Shown piece after piece: positions 27,133-35,485 of a DNA stretch of 64,000 bases (position 1 is its first letter; every line of letters starts with the position of its first letter). Location of the stretch: IMG/VR virus record IMGVR_UViG_3300024503_000332; one strand, written 5' to 3'. A model generated the notes under the pieces. It saw nothing but the letters and a program-made list of their open reading frames with translations, had not been told where the DNA came from and searched no databases. The position numbers and the translations under genes are program-made. Source of the DNA: a virus.

Positions 27133-27762
27133 TCAACCGCCTAGGACTTGAAGTGCGTGTTTGTAATGCTTAGTTCTGTCTTCTAGTCCGAGTGTACCAC
27201 CATTAATACGCTTGGTCATTGTAAGGATGTCACCGTTGTCGGCATATTGGTTTAGGTTGTTTGCTTCCCAGAACCAAGCCGCGCTCTGTACACAACCTTC
27301 AAATGTTGTTAGGTGTTCGCTGGCTTCGTCTAGACTAATCTCTAGACTTTCAGCGTAACGTTGATAGTTTGTTTTACCAGTCAACTGGATCAAGCCACGA
27401 CCGCAGAACTTCCAACCGTCACCACTTGCTTCGTCACCGTTGCCCATACGATTAGCATAAGCACGATTAGCGATTGCCTGTTGGTTGTGAGCATATTGCT
27501 TGGCAATATCTAAACTTGGGAAATAGCGTGGCCAAACTTTAACTAGGCTTTCTGCTTTGTAGTTTAGATTTTCCTTGATAGCACGATACCCGCCGCTCTC
27601 GTGTGCTGTCTGTGCTAGAAAAGCAGCCACACGTGGCACAGTGTTAATATCGTAGTCTGGAAGTATCTGACACAATGCTTCGTGCCAATGATCTGCGTAT
27701 GGAGGATTTCCTACACATTCCTTGAACTTAGCTAGTGTAAAATCAAAATCAAAGTCGCTCAT
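27133..27762 (-). CDS. Endolysin, glycoside hydrolase family 19
   Basis: FLAQTAHESGG, ENLNY, GRGLIQLTGKTNY, SAAWFW, TKRINGG. Confidence 0.93.
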   Translation of the reverse strand: MSDFDFDFTLAKFKECVGNPPYADHWHEALCQILPDYDINTVPRVAAFLAQTAHESGGYRAIKENLNYKAESLVKVWPRYFPSLDIAKQYAHNQQAIANRAYANRMGNGDEASGDGWKFCGRGLIQLTGKTNYQRYAESLEISLDEASEHLTTFEGCVQSAAWFWEANNLNQYADNGDILTMTKRINGGTLGLEDRTKHYKHALQVLGG

Positions 27763-28523
27763 TATTTTATCCTTTGCAGTAACATGGCTCTACGGCCATT
27801 TTCAAAAACAAAGCTGTCTCCAACTTTGTTAATATTGTAATCCCCTAATACTTTAGTAAGCCAAAAAATCTCGCTTGTGGATTCTTGATCTATAGTAAAT
27901 GGATCTGTGATACCTTCTAGAACTGCTTCAGGGTCACCGTCCTTGACCATACGAAGTTGTATTTTTTGATCCCATGGTTTGTGGATAGTAATGATGTCAC
28001 CATCTAATGTTAGGTCATCCATCAAAGTCTTAGTAAAGAATCTGCGAACATCTTCGGTCTTTACTTTGTTGACCATCATTTCATAAGTTGATGCAGACTC
28101 TGGGATTATATGTTTTAGTGTTTCTTCTGTTACTTCGTGTTCGGTATTATCTTTATAATATTGGAATTTAAATTTATCAATGCCTGTTAGTTTCTTAACA
28201 CTATAAACAAGCTCGTCGATATTTTCTGCTAGTTTGGGAGATCTAGAAAGTTCTACGAATACATAGTAGGTTCCATCTTCATTCTCGCCCGAGCTAACAT
28301 CAGAGTCGAGAACAAATGAAAATCCTTTTTCTACAAACTCCATTAGATCTTTAGCAGGTGAACGATCTTTAACTTCAAAAGTTAAAACGCAAACATCTTT
28401 ATCTTCGCCCATCTTCGAGGCATAGGTATCAACCTTGAAGGTTTCCTTGACCATTTCTTTTAGGTCTTCAGCTCTTAGGCCTTCATTAAGCTGCTGGTGC
28501 TGCTGCTGGTGCTGCTGTCGCAT
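27762..28523 (-). CDS. Hypothetical protein, late/virion-associated candidate
   Basis: About 253 aa; Gln-rich start then LNE-GL. Confidence 0.7.
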   Translation of the reverse strand: MRQQHQQQHQQLNEGLRAEDLKEMVKETFKVDTYASKMGEDKDVCVLTFEVKDRSPAKDLMEFVEKGFSFVLDSDVSSGENEDGTYYVFVELSRSPKLAENIDELVYSVKKLTGIDKFKFQYYKDNTEHEVTEETLKHIIPESASTYEMMVNKVKTEDVRRFFTKTLMDDLTLDGDIITIHKPWDQKIQLRMVKDGDPEAVLEGITDPFTIDQESTSEIFWLTKVLGDYNINKVGDSFVFENGRRAMLLQRIK

Positions 28524-29034
28524 TAGCCATCTCCTGTGCTTGTTGATCTGCTGGATCGATATGTGCATTCACACCACCACCTTGTGTAAGGATGTCTTCT
28601 ATCTTATTCTTATCTAGTTCTGTGTATCCGCGATCGATGTCGTGCATTAGTTTCTTGGGCATAGTGATCTTGACCAACCATACAGGTTTATGATCTATCT
28701 TGCCTTTCTTGGTGCCCGGTCTGATGTCATCCGGTTTCTTGATTCTGCGAACGGACGAAATCATGCTTTCAGCATATTGTACCTTGCATCCGTATTCTAG
28801 GAGTTTCATACCACCCTTGGGTTCGGGCATATTATCTTTTGGCCACATAAAAGTACACTCTACAAAATAGCGTGATTCTTTAGGACCCTGTACAAGCTCT
28901 CCGTCGAGCCAGTTTTCATAAACATAGGTATCTAGCTCATCAATAACACGCTCGAAATCTTTGAGTAAATTCAAGCTATTATTGGAGCCGTAAACCTGTT
29001 CAATGTTCTTTAAAATGTCTTTAGTTGTAGCCAT
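28486..29034 (-). CDS. Hypothetical protein, late
   Basis: TAAATA and AAGGAG upstream of the ATG at 29034. Confidence 0.75.
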   Translation of the reverse strand: MATTKDILKNIEQVYGSNNSLNLLKDFERVIDELDTYVYENWLDGELVQGPKESRYFVECTFMWPKDNMPEPKGGMKLLEYGCKVQYAESMISSVRRIKKPDDIRPGTKKGKIDHKPVWLVKITMPKKLMHDIDRGYTELDKNKIEDILTQGGGVNAHIDPADQQAQEMANATAAPAAAPAA

Positions 29035-29174
29035 AGTATCTCCTTTTGTATTTATCGTCAAAAAAGAATCATTACATATTACTTTCTACGCCCAAAGTTA
29101 AATACTTTTGTGTCCGGTACGGGCACTACGGTCTAGGTCCGTGCCTAACACAATCAAGGAGGGCTAACCTACAT

Positions 29175-29894
29175 ATGAAGCGAAAAAGAGCGCAAGCAGC
29201 ATATCTGCAAGAGAATGTAATAAACATCAATCAACGCATTGAACAGAAACGCAAGCGAGTTCAAATATACCCCAAAAACCTCAGTCAAGAGACTTATCTT
29301 TTAAAGCTCAACGATCAACAAAAAATTATTGTTTTTGCTATCGGTCCAGCCGGAACGGGTAAGACCATGTTGGCTGTGCAATGGGCTATAGACCAGCTCA
29401 AATACGGTGAAGTTGATAAGATTATTATTACAAGACCAGCTGTATCAGTAGATGAAGAGCATGGGTTTTTACCAGGCACCCTACAAGAAAAAATGGAGCC
29501 GTGGACTAAGCCTATAATGGATGTTTTCGCAGAAAACTTTAATCAACGCGAAATCGAAGGATTTGTTAGAGAGGGGGTGATTGAAACAAGTCCACTAGCG
29601 TACATGCGAGGACGTACATTTAAGAACGCTGTGATCATTGCTGATGAGATGCAGAATGCTACACCTAGTCAGATGAAGATGCTGTTAACTAGGTTAGGTC
29701 AGGGGTCAAGAATGGTCGTTACAGGAGATCTACAACAAGCAGATCGACCCAGTAATAACGGCCTTTTAGAGTTTTTAAATCTGTATAATAACTTCGACAA
29801 TCACAGATACGTAGACGTATGTCATTTCACTATCTCTGATGTCGAGAGACATGAAGCTGTAAAGGAGATACTAGCGATATACGGTGATCAATAA
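29175..29894 (+). CDS. phoH: PhoH-like ATPase
   Basis: GPAGTGKT, ITRPAV, GFLPG, AYMRGRTF, DEMQN, TGDLQQ. Confidence 0.94.
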   Translation: MKRKRAQAAYLQENVININQRIEQKRKRVQIYPKNLSQETYLLKLNDQQKIIVFAIGPAGTGKTMLAVQWAIDQLKYGEVDKIIITRPAVSVDEEHGFLPGTLQEKMEPWTKPIMDVFAENFNQREIEGFVREGVIETSPLAYMRGRTFKNAVIIADEMQNATPSQMKMLLTRLGQGSRMVVTGDLQQADRPSNNGLLEFLNLYNNFDNHRYVDVCHFTISDVERHEAVKEILAIYGDQ

Positions 29895-29916
29895 GATAGG
29901 GGGGTAACCCCCTATC
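29895..29916. terminator. Hairpin between convergent phoH and clamp loader genes
   Basis: GATAGGGGG-GTAA-CCCCCTATC. Confidence 0.65.
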
Positions 29917-30829
29917 ACAGATTAGCCAGCTTTGCTAATGTTGCGCTAAGATTAATCTCTGGATCGATGCATGATGTGTGATCCACAAGTCCTGCCTTGA
30001 TGATGAAAATAGCTCTGTCTTGTGTTTTTTCATCACCGAACAGCTCTAGATTATCATAAAGCCATCTGTAAACATGCACCATCTCATCTGCTTGTAGTTT
30101 TCCGCAGAGCAGTTTTCTTGCTTCGGTGATCTTTTTAGCCTTGAAAAGTTCAACCATCTCAAACTTCCATTCGAGCGATCCAGCATCTTCTTTGGCAGGA
30201 CTGTGTAGTTTGCCCTCGCTACAGTTCTGTTGAAGAAGATTCAAACATTTGCGGAGATCAGGATATGTTGTTGAGACATATAAGTCTAATGTTTCTAGAT
30301 CAAAATCAATCGCTTCTTCAACTAGAACAGTGGCTGCGCGAGCAGTAAACTCTGTCTGATCTAGTTTAGTAAAATGCCACTGCTGGCAGCGACTATGTAG
30401 TGCTGGTACTACCATATTAGGATTATTGCAGGTTAGGATAAATCTAGCAAAGTTGCTATATTCTTCGATGATACCTTTAAGTGAATCCTGTGCATGTGGA
30501 CTTAACCGATCTGCTTCGTCGAGTAATACAACCTTAAATGGCCCCCACGCAATGCTACTGATAAACGGAACGATTTTATTACGGATAAAATCGATACCAG
30601 TTTCTCGACTGGCGTTAACTTCTAATACATCGGCATCTTCGATACCGATCTCATTAACCAGCATCTTGGCCATGGTAGTCTTACCGATACCTGGAGGACC
30701 GCTTAGAAGTAAGTGTGGAATACTTTTTTCCTTGACCCAAGTCTCAACCTGTCTGCGTTGCGCATTGTCTCGCCACACATATCCGTCCATCTTTTTAGGA
30801 CGGTACTTCTCAACCCATAGTTCTTTCAT
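29915..30829 (-). CDS. Clamp loader ATPase (gp44/RFC small subunit)
   Basis: LWVEKYRP, GPPGIGKTT, NASRETG, LLDEAD, SRC. Confidence 0.93.
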   Translation of the reverse strand: MKELWVEKYRPKKMDGYVWRDNAQRRQVETWVKEKSIPHLLLSGPPGIGKTTMAKMLVNEIGIEDADVLEVNASRETGIDFIRNKIVPFISSIAWGPFKVVLLDEADRLSPHAQDSLKGIIEEYSNFARFILTCNNPNMVVPALHSRCQQWHFTKLDQTEFTARAATVLVEEAIDFDLETLDLYVSTTYPDLRKCLNLLQQNCSEGKLHSPAKEDAGSLEWKFEMVELFKAKKITEARKLLCGKLQADEMVHVYRWLYDNLELFGDEKTQDRAIFIIKAGLVDHTSCIDPEINLSATLAKLANL

Positions 30830-31260
30830 TGTCTTAGTCCTTTTTCTACTTCAGCGGCTATCACACGGCTGCGTAGTTCGCTAGTCGAAAAGTTATGTTC
30901 ACGTTTGTTAAAATAAAATTCTATACCACGATTAATACATTCATATCTACCGGTGAAGTCTCTATCTTCGTATTCTTGTCCTAGTATTCTAACATTTATA
31001 GGATAAGAAAGCAAGATGTTTACAAGATCAGCTTCGGTTTCGTAGACTAGGATTTCGTCAATATATTTGCAGGCTTTGAGCTGTTCGTATCGTTCGAACA
31101 CGCTTTGAACAGGTTTATTTTTGGTGTCCGGACGATCAATAGTAGGATCTGTTTGTAATCCTACGATTAAATGATCACAGACTGTTTTTGCTTCTTTAAG
31201 CATCATGATATGACCTGCATGAAACAGATCGAAGGTACTACAAGTAAAACCGATTTTCAT
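30826..31260 (-). CDS. Glycerol-3-phosphate cytidylyltransferase-like (TagD family)
   Basis: STFDLFHAGH, LIVGLQTD, FSTSELR. Confidence 0.85.
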   Translation of the reverse strand: MKIGFTCSTFDLFHAGHIMMLKEAKTVCDHLIVGLQTDPTIDRPDTKNKPVQSVFERYEQLKACKYIDEILVYETEADLVNILLSYPINVRILGQEYEDRDFTGRYECINRGIEFYFNKREHNFSTSELRSRVIAAEVEKGLRQ

Positions 31261-32033
31261 TCAAAATCCTTTTCAACTTGTTGTATTGTAACATAGTTAT
31301 TGATCAGTTGTCTAGCCCGTTCTTCTCGTTCCCTGGGAGTTTTTTCTCCAAGAATCACAATAGCATATCGCTTGCCGTTCTTCTCTGTTAGAAGGGCTAG
31401 ACATCGACCAGCAGGATTCGTAAAACCAGTTTTGCTCAATATGATTTGATCAAACTCGAAAAGAAGACCTTTATTGGTATTGTTTAATAATACCGATTTA
31501 ACTTTCTTCCCAATCTTTTCTTCAATCTTGAGATATTTAGAACTTGAAGTATGTCTTATGATATCATACTTTGAAGCTTCGGCTATCAGCCTGTTCAGGT
31601 CTTCTGCGGTGCTGACATTATTTCTACTTAGACCGCTAGGATCATCGAAATAAGTTTCAGTCATGCCTAGTCGAGAAGCTGTTTCGTTCATTACTTTAAT
31701 AAACGCATTATACCCTCCGGGCCATGCGTCTGCAAATGCATCTGCGGCTTTATTGTCGCTACGTATCAAGAGAGATTCAAATAGTTCTCTCTTGCTAATC
31801 TGTTTGTTAAAAAATATATGACCCTTATATTTTATTTTCTCATCCCAGTTAGGTGATGATTCAACGACGACCAGTGCCGTCATTAGTTTAGACACTGATG
31901 CTATGGGTCTTTTTAAACTAGCATTGTACGAATGTACTACCTTTTTGTCCGTTTGATTAAAGACATAATAGGTAGCGTTTTCTGCATGAGCTAGATTAGT
32001 TAATATTAAGAATAGTAAAATCCATAATCTCAT
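31257..32033 (-). CDS. Peptidase S11 D-Ala-D-Ala carboxy/endopeptidase (PBP7-like)
   Basis: Signal peptide; SxxK (ASVSK), SDN, KTG. Confidence 0.9.
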   Translation of the reverse strand: MRLWILLFLILTNLAHAENATYYVFNQTDKKVVHSYNASLKRPIASVSKLMTALVVVESSPNWDEKIKYKGHIFFNKQISKRELFESLLIRSDNKAADAFADAWPGGYNAFIKVMNETASRLGMTETYFDDPSGLSRNNVSTAEDLNRLIAEASKYDIIRHTSSSKYLKIEEKIGKKVKSVLLNNTNKGLLFEFDQIILSKTGFTNPAGRCLALLTEKNGKRYAIVILGEKTPREREERARQLINNYVTIQQVEKDFE

Positions 32034-32401
32034 GACGTCTTTACAAAAGGTTTGAGATCGGGAGGAGTCCAGCCCAGAGGTTTAAGTACTTTGCCGTCCT
32101 CACGCTTGCGTACTTTACCAGTTTCAGAATCGATCTTAGCAAAGTTAGTACGCATGACTTCTTTCCAAGCACCTTCTGCATCGGCGCCCATGCTGTGTAG
32201 AGCGCCGATAGTAACGACTAGAATGTCAACTAGCGCATCTGCTACTTCTACTTTATCAACATTATCGATCGCGACATTAAGCTCTTTCCATTCTTCTTCT
32301 ATGAGCTTAACGTAAAGATTGAACTGATCAACGTTCCAGGTATCTACAGTCTGATCACAGGCCCGCATAAACTTTTCTTGATCACGAAATGGATTAGTCA
32401 T
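32030..32401 (-). CDS. MazG-like nucleotide pyrophosphohydrolase
   Basis: EEWKEL, EVADALVD, NFAK, REDGKVLKP. Confidence 0.85.
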   Translation of the reverse strand: MTNPFRDQEKFMRACDQTVDTWNVDQFNLYVKLIEEEWKELNVAIDNVDKVEVADALVDILVVTIGALHSMGADAEGAWKEVMRTNFAKIDSETGKVRKREDGKVLKPLGWTPPDLKPFVKTS

Positions 32402-33194
32402 TGGTTATTTTCCTATGTTTTTTATTGATATCTTCTACTCTGCCGAGTAGTTCCATGTCTACACCTAGATCAATAGCTTCTTCTTGTATGGCAGCTATGT
32501 CTTTAGGAAAGCACATTCCTCCCCAGCCAAACTCACCGTCGGGCCCAGGAACATCTAGGTGTGTACGACCTATTCGGTCATCCCAGATTGTCAACTCTTT
32601 GAGTTGATTAAAATCGATATCAGATGCTTGAGATAACTTATAAAACTCGTTCATAAAAGTTACCTTGGTAGCCAAATATGTATTCATCATGTACTTATAC
32701 ATGGCAGCGGTCTTGATATCTGTGATCAAAAACTTTTCATGAACTAACGGAACACCTGTTCGTATAATCTCACGTGCTTGCTCGCACCATGCCTTACCGC
32801 CACCTAATACAAAGTAGTCGCTATTTTGGTAGTCAGTGTTTGCATCAGCCGCAGTAATAAACTCTGGGCAGTGTACGATATTAGGATATTGTTTCCACAA
32901 CTTTTCGTATACACTAGGCGGAGCAGTAGATTTACAAATGATAGGGATTTGTTTGTTGATAGTAACAAACAATAGTTCTTTGAGAGTCTGTTCTAGAATA
33001 GTCGAGTCACAGTGACCATCATCAGTGCTAGGTGTAGGCACACAGACATAGACCGCATCGCAGGTATTAAACTGGTCCATGCTGGCGCTATTTTCTAGTT
33101 TTGGATCTCTAATAATGAGGTCTTGACTGCGGTGTGCCCATGTAATGGCACCACCAACATGTCCAAAACCTATGATACCGATACGCAAAATCAA
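32394..33194 (-). CDS. UDP-glucose/GDP-mannose dehydrogenase family (lacks C-terminal domain)
   Basis: GFGHVG, VCVPTP, KST, PEF, GWGGMCFPKD. Confidence 0.85.
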   Translation of the reverse strand: MILRIGIIGFGHVGGAITWAHRSQDLIIRDPKLENSASMDQFNTCDAVYVCVPTPSTDDGHCDSTILEQTLKELLFVTINKQIPIICKSTAPPSVYEKLWKQYPNIVHCPEFITAADANTDYQNSDYFVLGGGKAWCEQAREIIRTGVPLVHEKFLITDIKTAAMYKYMMNTYLATKVTFMNEFYKLSQASDIDFNQLKELTIWDDRIGRTHLDVPGPDGEFGWGGMCFPKDIAAIQEEAIDLGVDMELLGRVEDINKKHRKITND

Positions 33195-33203
33195 ACCTTT
33201 CTA

Positions 33204-33443
33204 TTATGATTTTAGTATCTTTATTATACGCTTTTTTTCTTGTTCTGTCAACCAAGTCTGCTCTTGTTGTCCAAAATCTGGAGCATCATTGAGTGCTTGG
33301 TCTACTATGTGCTTGATTAGATAGAGTTCTTTTTTACATTCAAAAGCGGCAAAACCATCATTATATGGACTGGCGCATTCTCTTGCGAGAGAATGTAACT
33401 GACTAGATATGTCAGCTACATCCCAAGATTTTTTGAAACCCAT
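33204..33443 (-). CDS. Hypothetical protein
   Basis: 79 aa ORF. Confidence 0.65.
   Translation of the reverse strand: MGFKKSWDVADISSQLHSLARECASPYNDGFAAFECKKELYLIKHIVDQALNDAPDFGQQEQTWLTEQEKKRIIKILKS
33223..33251 (-). promoter_or_regulatory. Consensus sigma70 promoter for the ugd-to-clamp loader operon
   Basis: TTGACA-17 nt-TATAAT inside the upstream CDS. Confidence 0.7.
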
Positions 33444-33844
33444 TACCTAATAAAGTCTTCTGGACGTATAGTCGCAGTGGATCCGTGTCCAAACTCTTGT
33501 CCGATATAAAAATCATTTGGACGTTCGTTGGCAACAGCGATGATGCTGTCAACTTCAACTTTCTGAAACTCTTTAACACCCTCGCCGTCATCGATCTTAA
33601 TCTTTCGAGTCCATCGACCGTGCTCGATAAGAATCCATTGTCCCACTTCTACATCAAGGTCGACCTTATCGCCTTTCTTGTAGACCTGAGCCCAACGAGG
33701 TTTAACACCGTGTGCCTTACCGTCATCACTTTGGATGATAAGACCACCTGCGGTTTTCATCTCTCCCATATCCATATTAATGACTAATATGTCTTTTGGT
33801 AATGGACGTACTTTTATGTTCTTAACGCCGAATGCGCCACTCAT
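33443..33844 (-). CDS. GroES-like co-chaperonin
   Basis: VRPL, mobile loop KTAGGLII, VEVGQWIL. Confidence 0.8.
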   Translation of the reverse strand: MSGAFGVKNIKVRPLPKDILVINMDMGEMKTAGGLIIQSDDGKAHGVKPRWAQVYKKGDKVDLDVEVGQWILIEHGRWTRKIKIDDGEGVKEFQKVEVDSIIAVANERPNDFYIGQEFGHGSTATIRPEDFIR

Positions 33845-33845
33845 A

Positions 33846-34070
33846 TTAGGCCCTTCTGCTAATAGATTTCTCGTCTACAGATTTTTGATTATTGGCATAA
33901 TAATCCTGTAGAACCTGTTCGCGGGTGCGTACAACTTTGCCCCCGGGTCCTAGTTCATCGCCTCGAGCATTAACCTTGGCATTTCCTACAGCAGGTACAG
34001 TTTCGTTCTGGAGAGATAGTTTCTCCATGTCGATTTCTGAACCTCTGATACTGGTATAAGTTTTACCCAT
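33846..34070 (-). CDS. Hypothetical protein
   Basis: AVGNAKVNARGDELGPGG. Confidence 0.7.
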   Translation of the reverse strand: MGKTYTSIRGSEIDMEKLSLQNETVPAVGNAKVNARGDELGPGGKVVRTREQVLQDYYANNQKSVDEKSISRRA

Positions 34071-34171
34071 TATTTTCTCCTTTTGAGATTTGTTTTTGGA
34101 GTCTTGCGACCCGCAAGAATTCTTTTTGCATTTCTGCTTGCAACACTTTTTGGACTTCTTCGTTTAGACAT
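34070..34171 (-). CDS. Highly basic 33 aa peptide (not in ORF track)
   Basis: MSKRRSPKSVASRNAKRILAGRKTPKTNLKRRK; fills the gap, coupled to both neighbours. Confidence 0.5.
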   Translation of the reverse strand: MSKRRSPKSVASRNAKRILAGRKTPKTNLKRRK

Positions 34172-34639
34172 TTATACCCCCTTAAAGAACTCTTCTATTG
34201 GTAAGTTGTATTTAATACTATCTATCTTATGTATCCCTATCAAATAGAGTACATAACTGGCCACGGAACTACCTCGTCCTACACCCCAAACAATGTTGTT
34301 TTCTCTTAAAGTATCTACTATATATTTTATGACATGAAGTATATCATACATTCCGTTCTTGATAAACAGTTCTAGTTCTTGGCTTACTCTATTCCGCTGT
34401 TCTTCGGTTTCACACATTCCATACAACATTTCCACTAGATTTGGACAATAGTCTTTGGGTATAAACCAATGACCTGTGTCTATAGTTTTTGGAGGGATTG
34501 GATAATCTAGATACTCGGATTGTAGACGAGAAAGGTATTGATTCAGATCATCGGAGCAATAGCAATGTTCCAGAATATCTGGACCATATTTCATGATTCC
34601 TTTGATAAGTTGTTCTTGGGTGTTATTTTCAGTCCACAT
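34172..34639 (-). CDS. DnaE (Pol III alpha) palm N-terminal fragment-like protein
   Basis: RVSQELELF...GVGRGSSVASYVLYLIGIHKIDSIKYNL; ends before the catalytic PDID motif. Confidence 0.75.
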   Translation of the reverse strand: MWTENNTQEQLIKGIMKYGPDILEHCYCSDDLNQYLSRLQSEYLDYPIPPKTIDTGHWFIPKDYCPNLVEMLYGMCETEEQRNRVSQELELFIKNGMYDILHVIKYIVDTLRENNIVWGVGRGSSVASYVLYLIGIHKIDSIKYNLPIEEFFKGV

Positions 34640-34859
34640 TGATCAGTTGATCCAAATCGCCATCAAGTTGTTGTTTGTTACGTGCATATCTAAGAGCGAG
34701 CTCATCTTTATATATTGTAACAAAAGTAGCGATCTGTGTCAAGAGTTCAAGTTTACCTAACCGTGCCGCAGCATAGTATTTTTTATTGAGCTCTATGACC
34801 TTGTCTTCGATTTCTTGATCTTTGAGCTCTGAAAGATCTTTTGAAAGAGGATGGAACAT
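34629..34859 (-). CDS. Hypothetical protein
   Basis: 76 aa helical ORF. Confidence 0.65.
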   Translation of the reverse strand: MFHPLSKDLSELKDQEIEDKVIELNKKYYAAARLGKLELLTQIATFVTIYKDELALRYARNKQQLDGDLDQLINVD

Positions 34860-35485
34860 TAACTGAATTGGCCCACGTATCTCATGAAGAACTCGGACTC
34901 TCTCCTACGCCAAATTTCTACGATAGTTGCTGTAGATGTAGATGTTGGTAGAGCGACTGGCTGTTGGCTGTTTCCGATCTTAGAAAGAGGAAACCCATTG
35001 GCCTTAATAACTGCTATTCCTGAAGTTTGGAATGTAGCTGTCCTTGCCGATCCATCGCTGTAGAGTTCTAAGGTAACTTTGCCCATACCACCGGCGGTAT
35101 CGGATAGTCCTGGGTCACCTGGAAACGAGCTAAAGGTAAAAGTAATATCCGCGCCGAGTCTAATAACCTGATAGTTTCCTTGGATGTAATCGATCGATTG
35201 GGGTGTAGCTGTTAGAGGGTTACTAAAATCCCAAACAACATTTCTATTATTCTGCAACATAGCTTTAGTGATGTAGGAAAACCCTAGATCGTTCGTTGCT
35301 GGCGTTGTGCCTCCTAGTGCAGAGTTTAAAACAGACTTGCTTTGTAGTGCTGTTATTTCGCTGGCTGCGGCCTGGAAGTTTGTTTTGATACTAGAAAAGT
35401 TATCTCTAAAAGTCTGTGTATCATTATCCTGCCCTGCTACAGGATAGTTTTCGTTTATTGTTAGATAGTTTATATTGCTCGTCAC
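34859..35485 (-). CDS. Virion structural protein
   Basis: YPVAGQDNDTQTFRDNF N-terminus; TAAATA upstream; structural context. Confidence 0.65.
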   Translation of the reverse strand: MTSNINYLTINENYPVAGQDNDTQTFRDNFSSIKTNFQAAASEITALQSKSVLNSALGGTTPATNDLGFSYITKAMLQNNRNVVWDFSNPLTATPQSIDYIQGNYQVIRLGADITFTFSSFPGDPGLSDTAGGMGKVTLELYSDGSARTATFQTSGIAVIKANGFPLSKIGNSQQPVALPTSTSTATIVEIWRRRESEFFMRYVGQFS

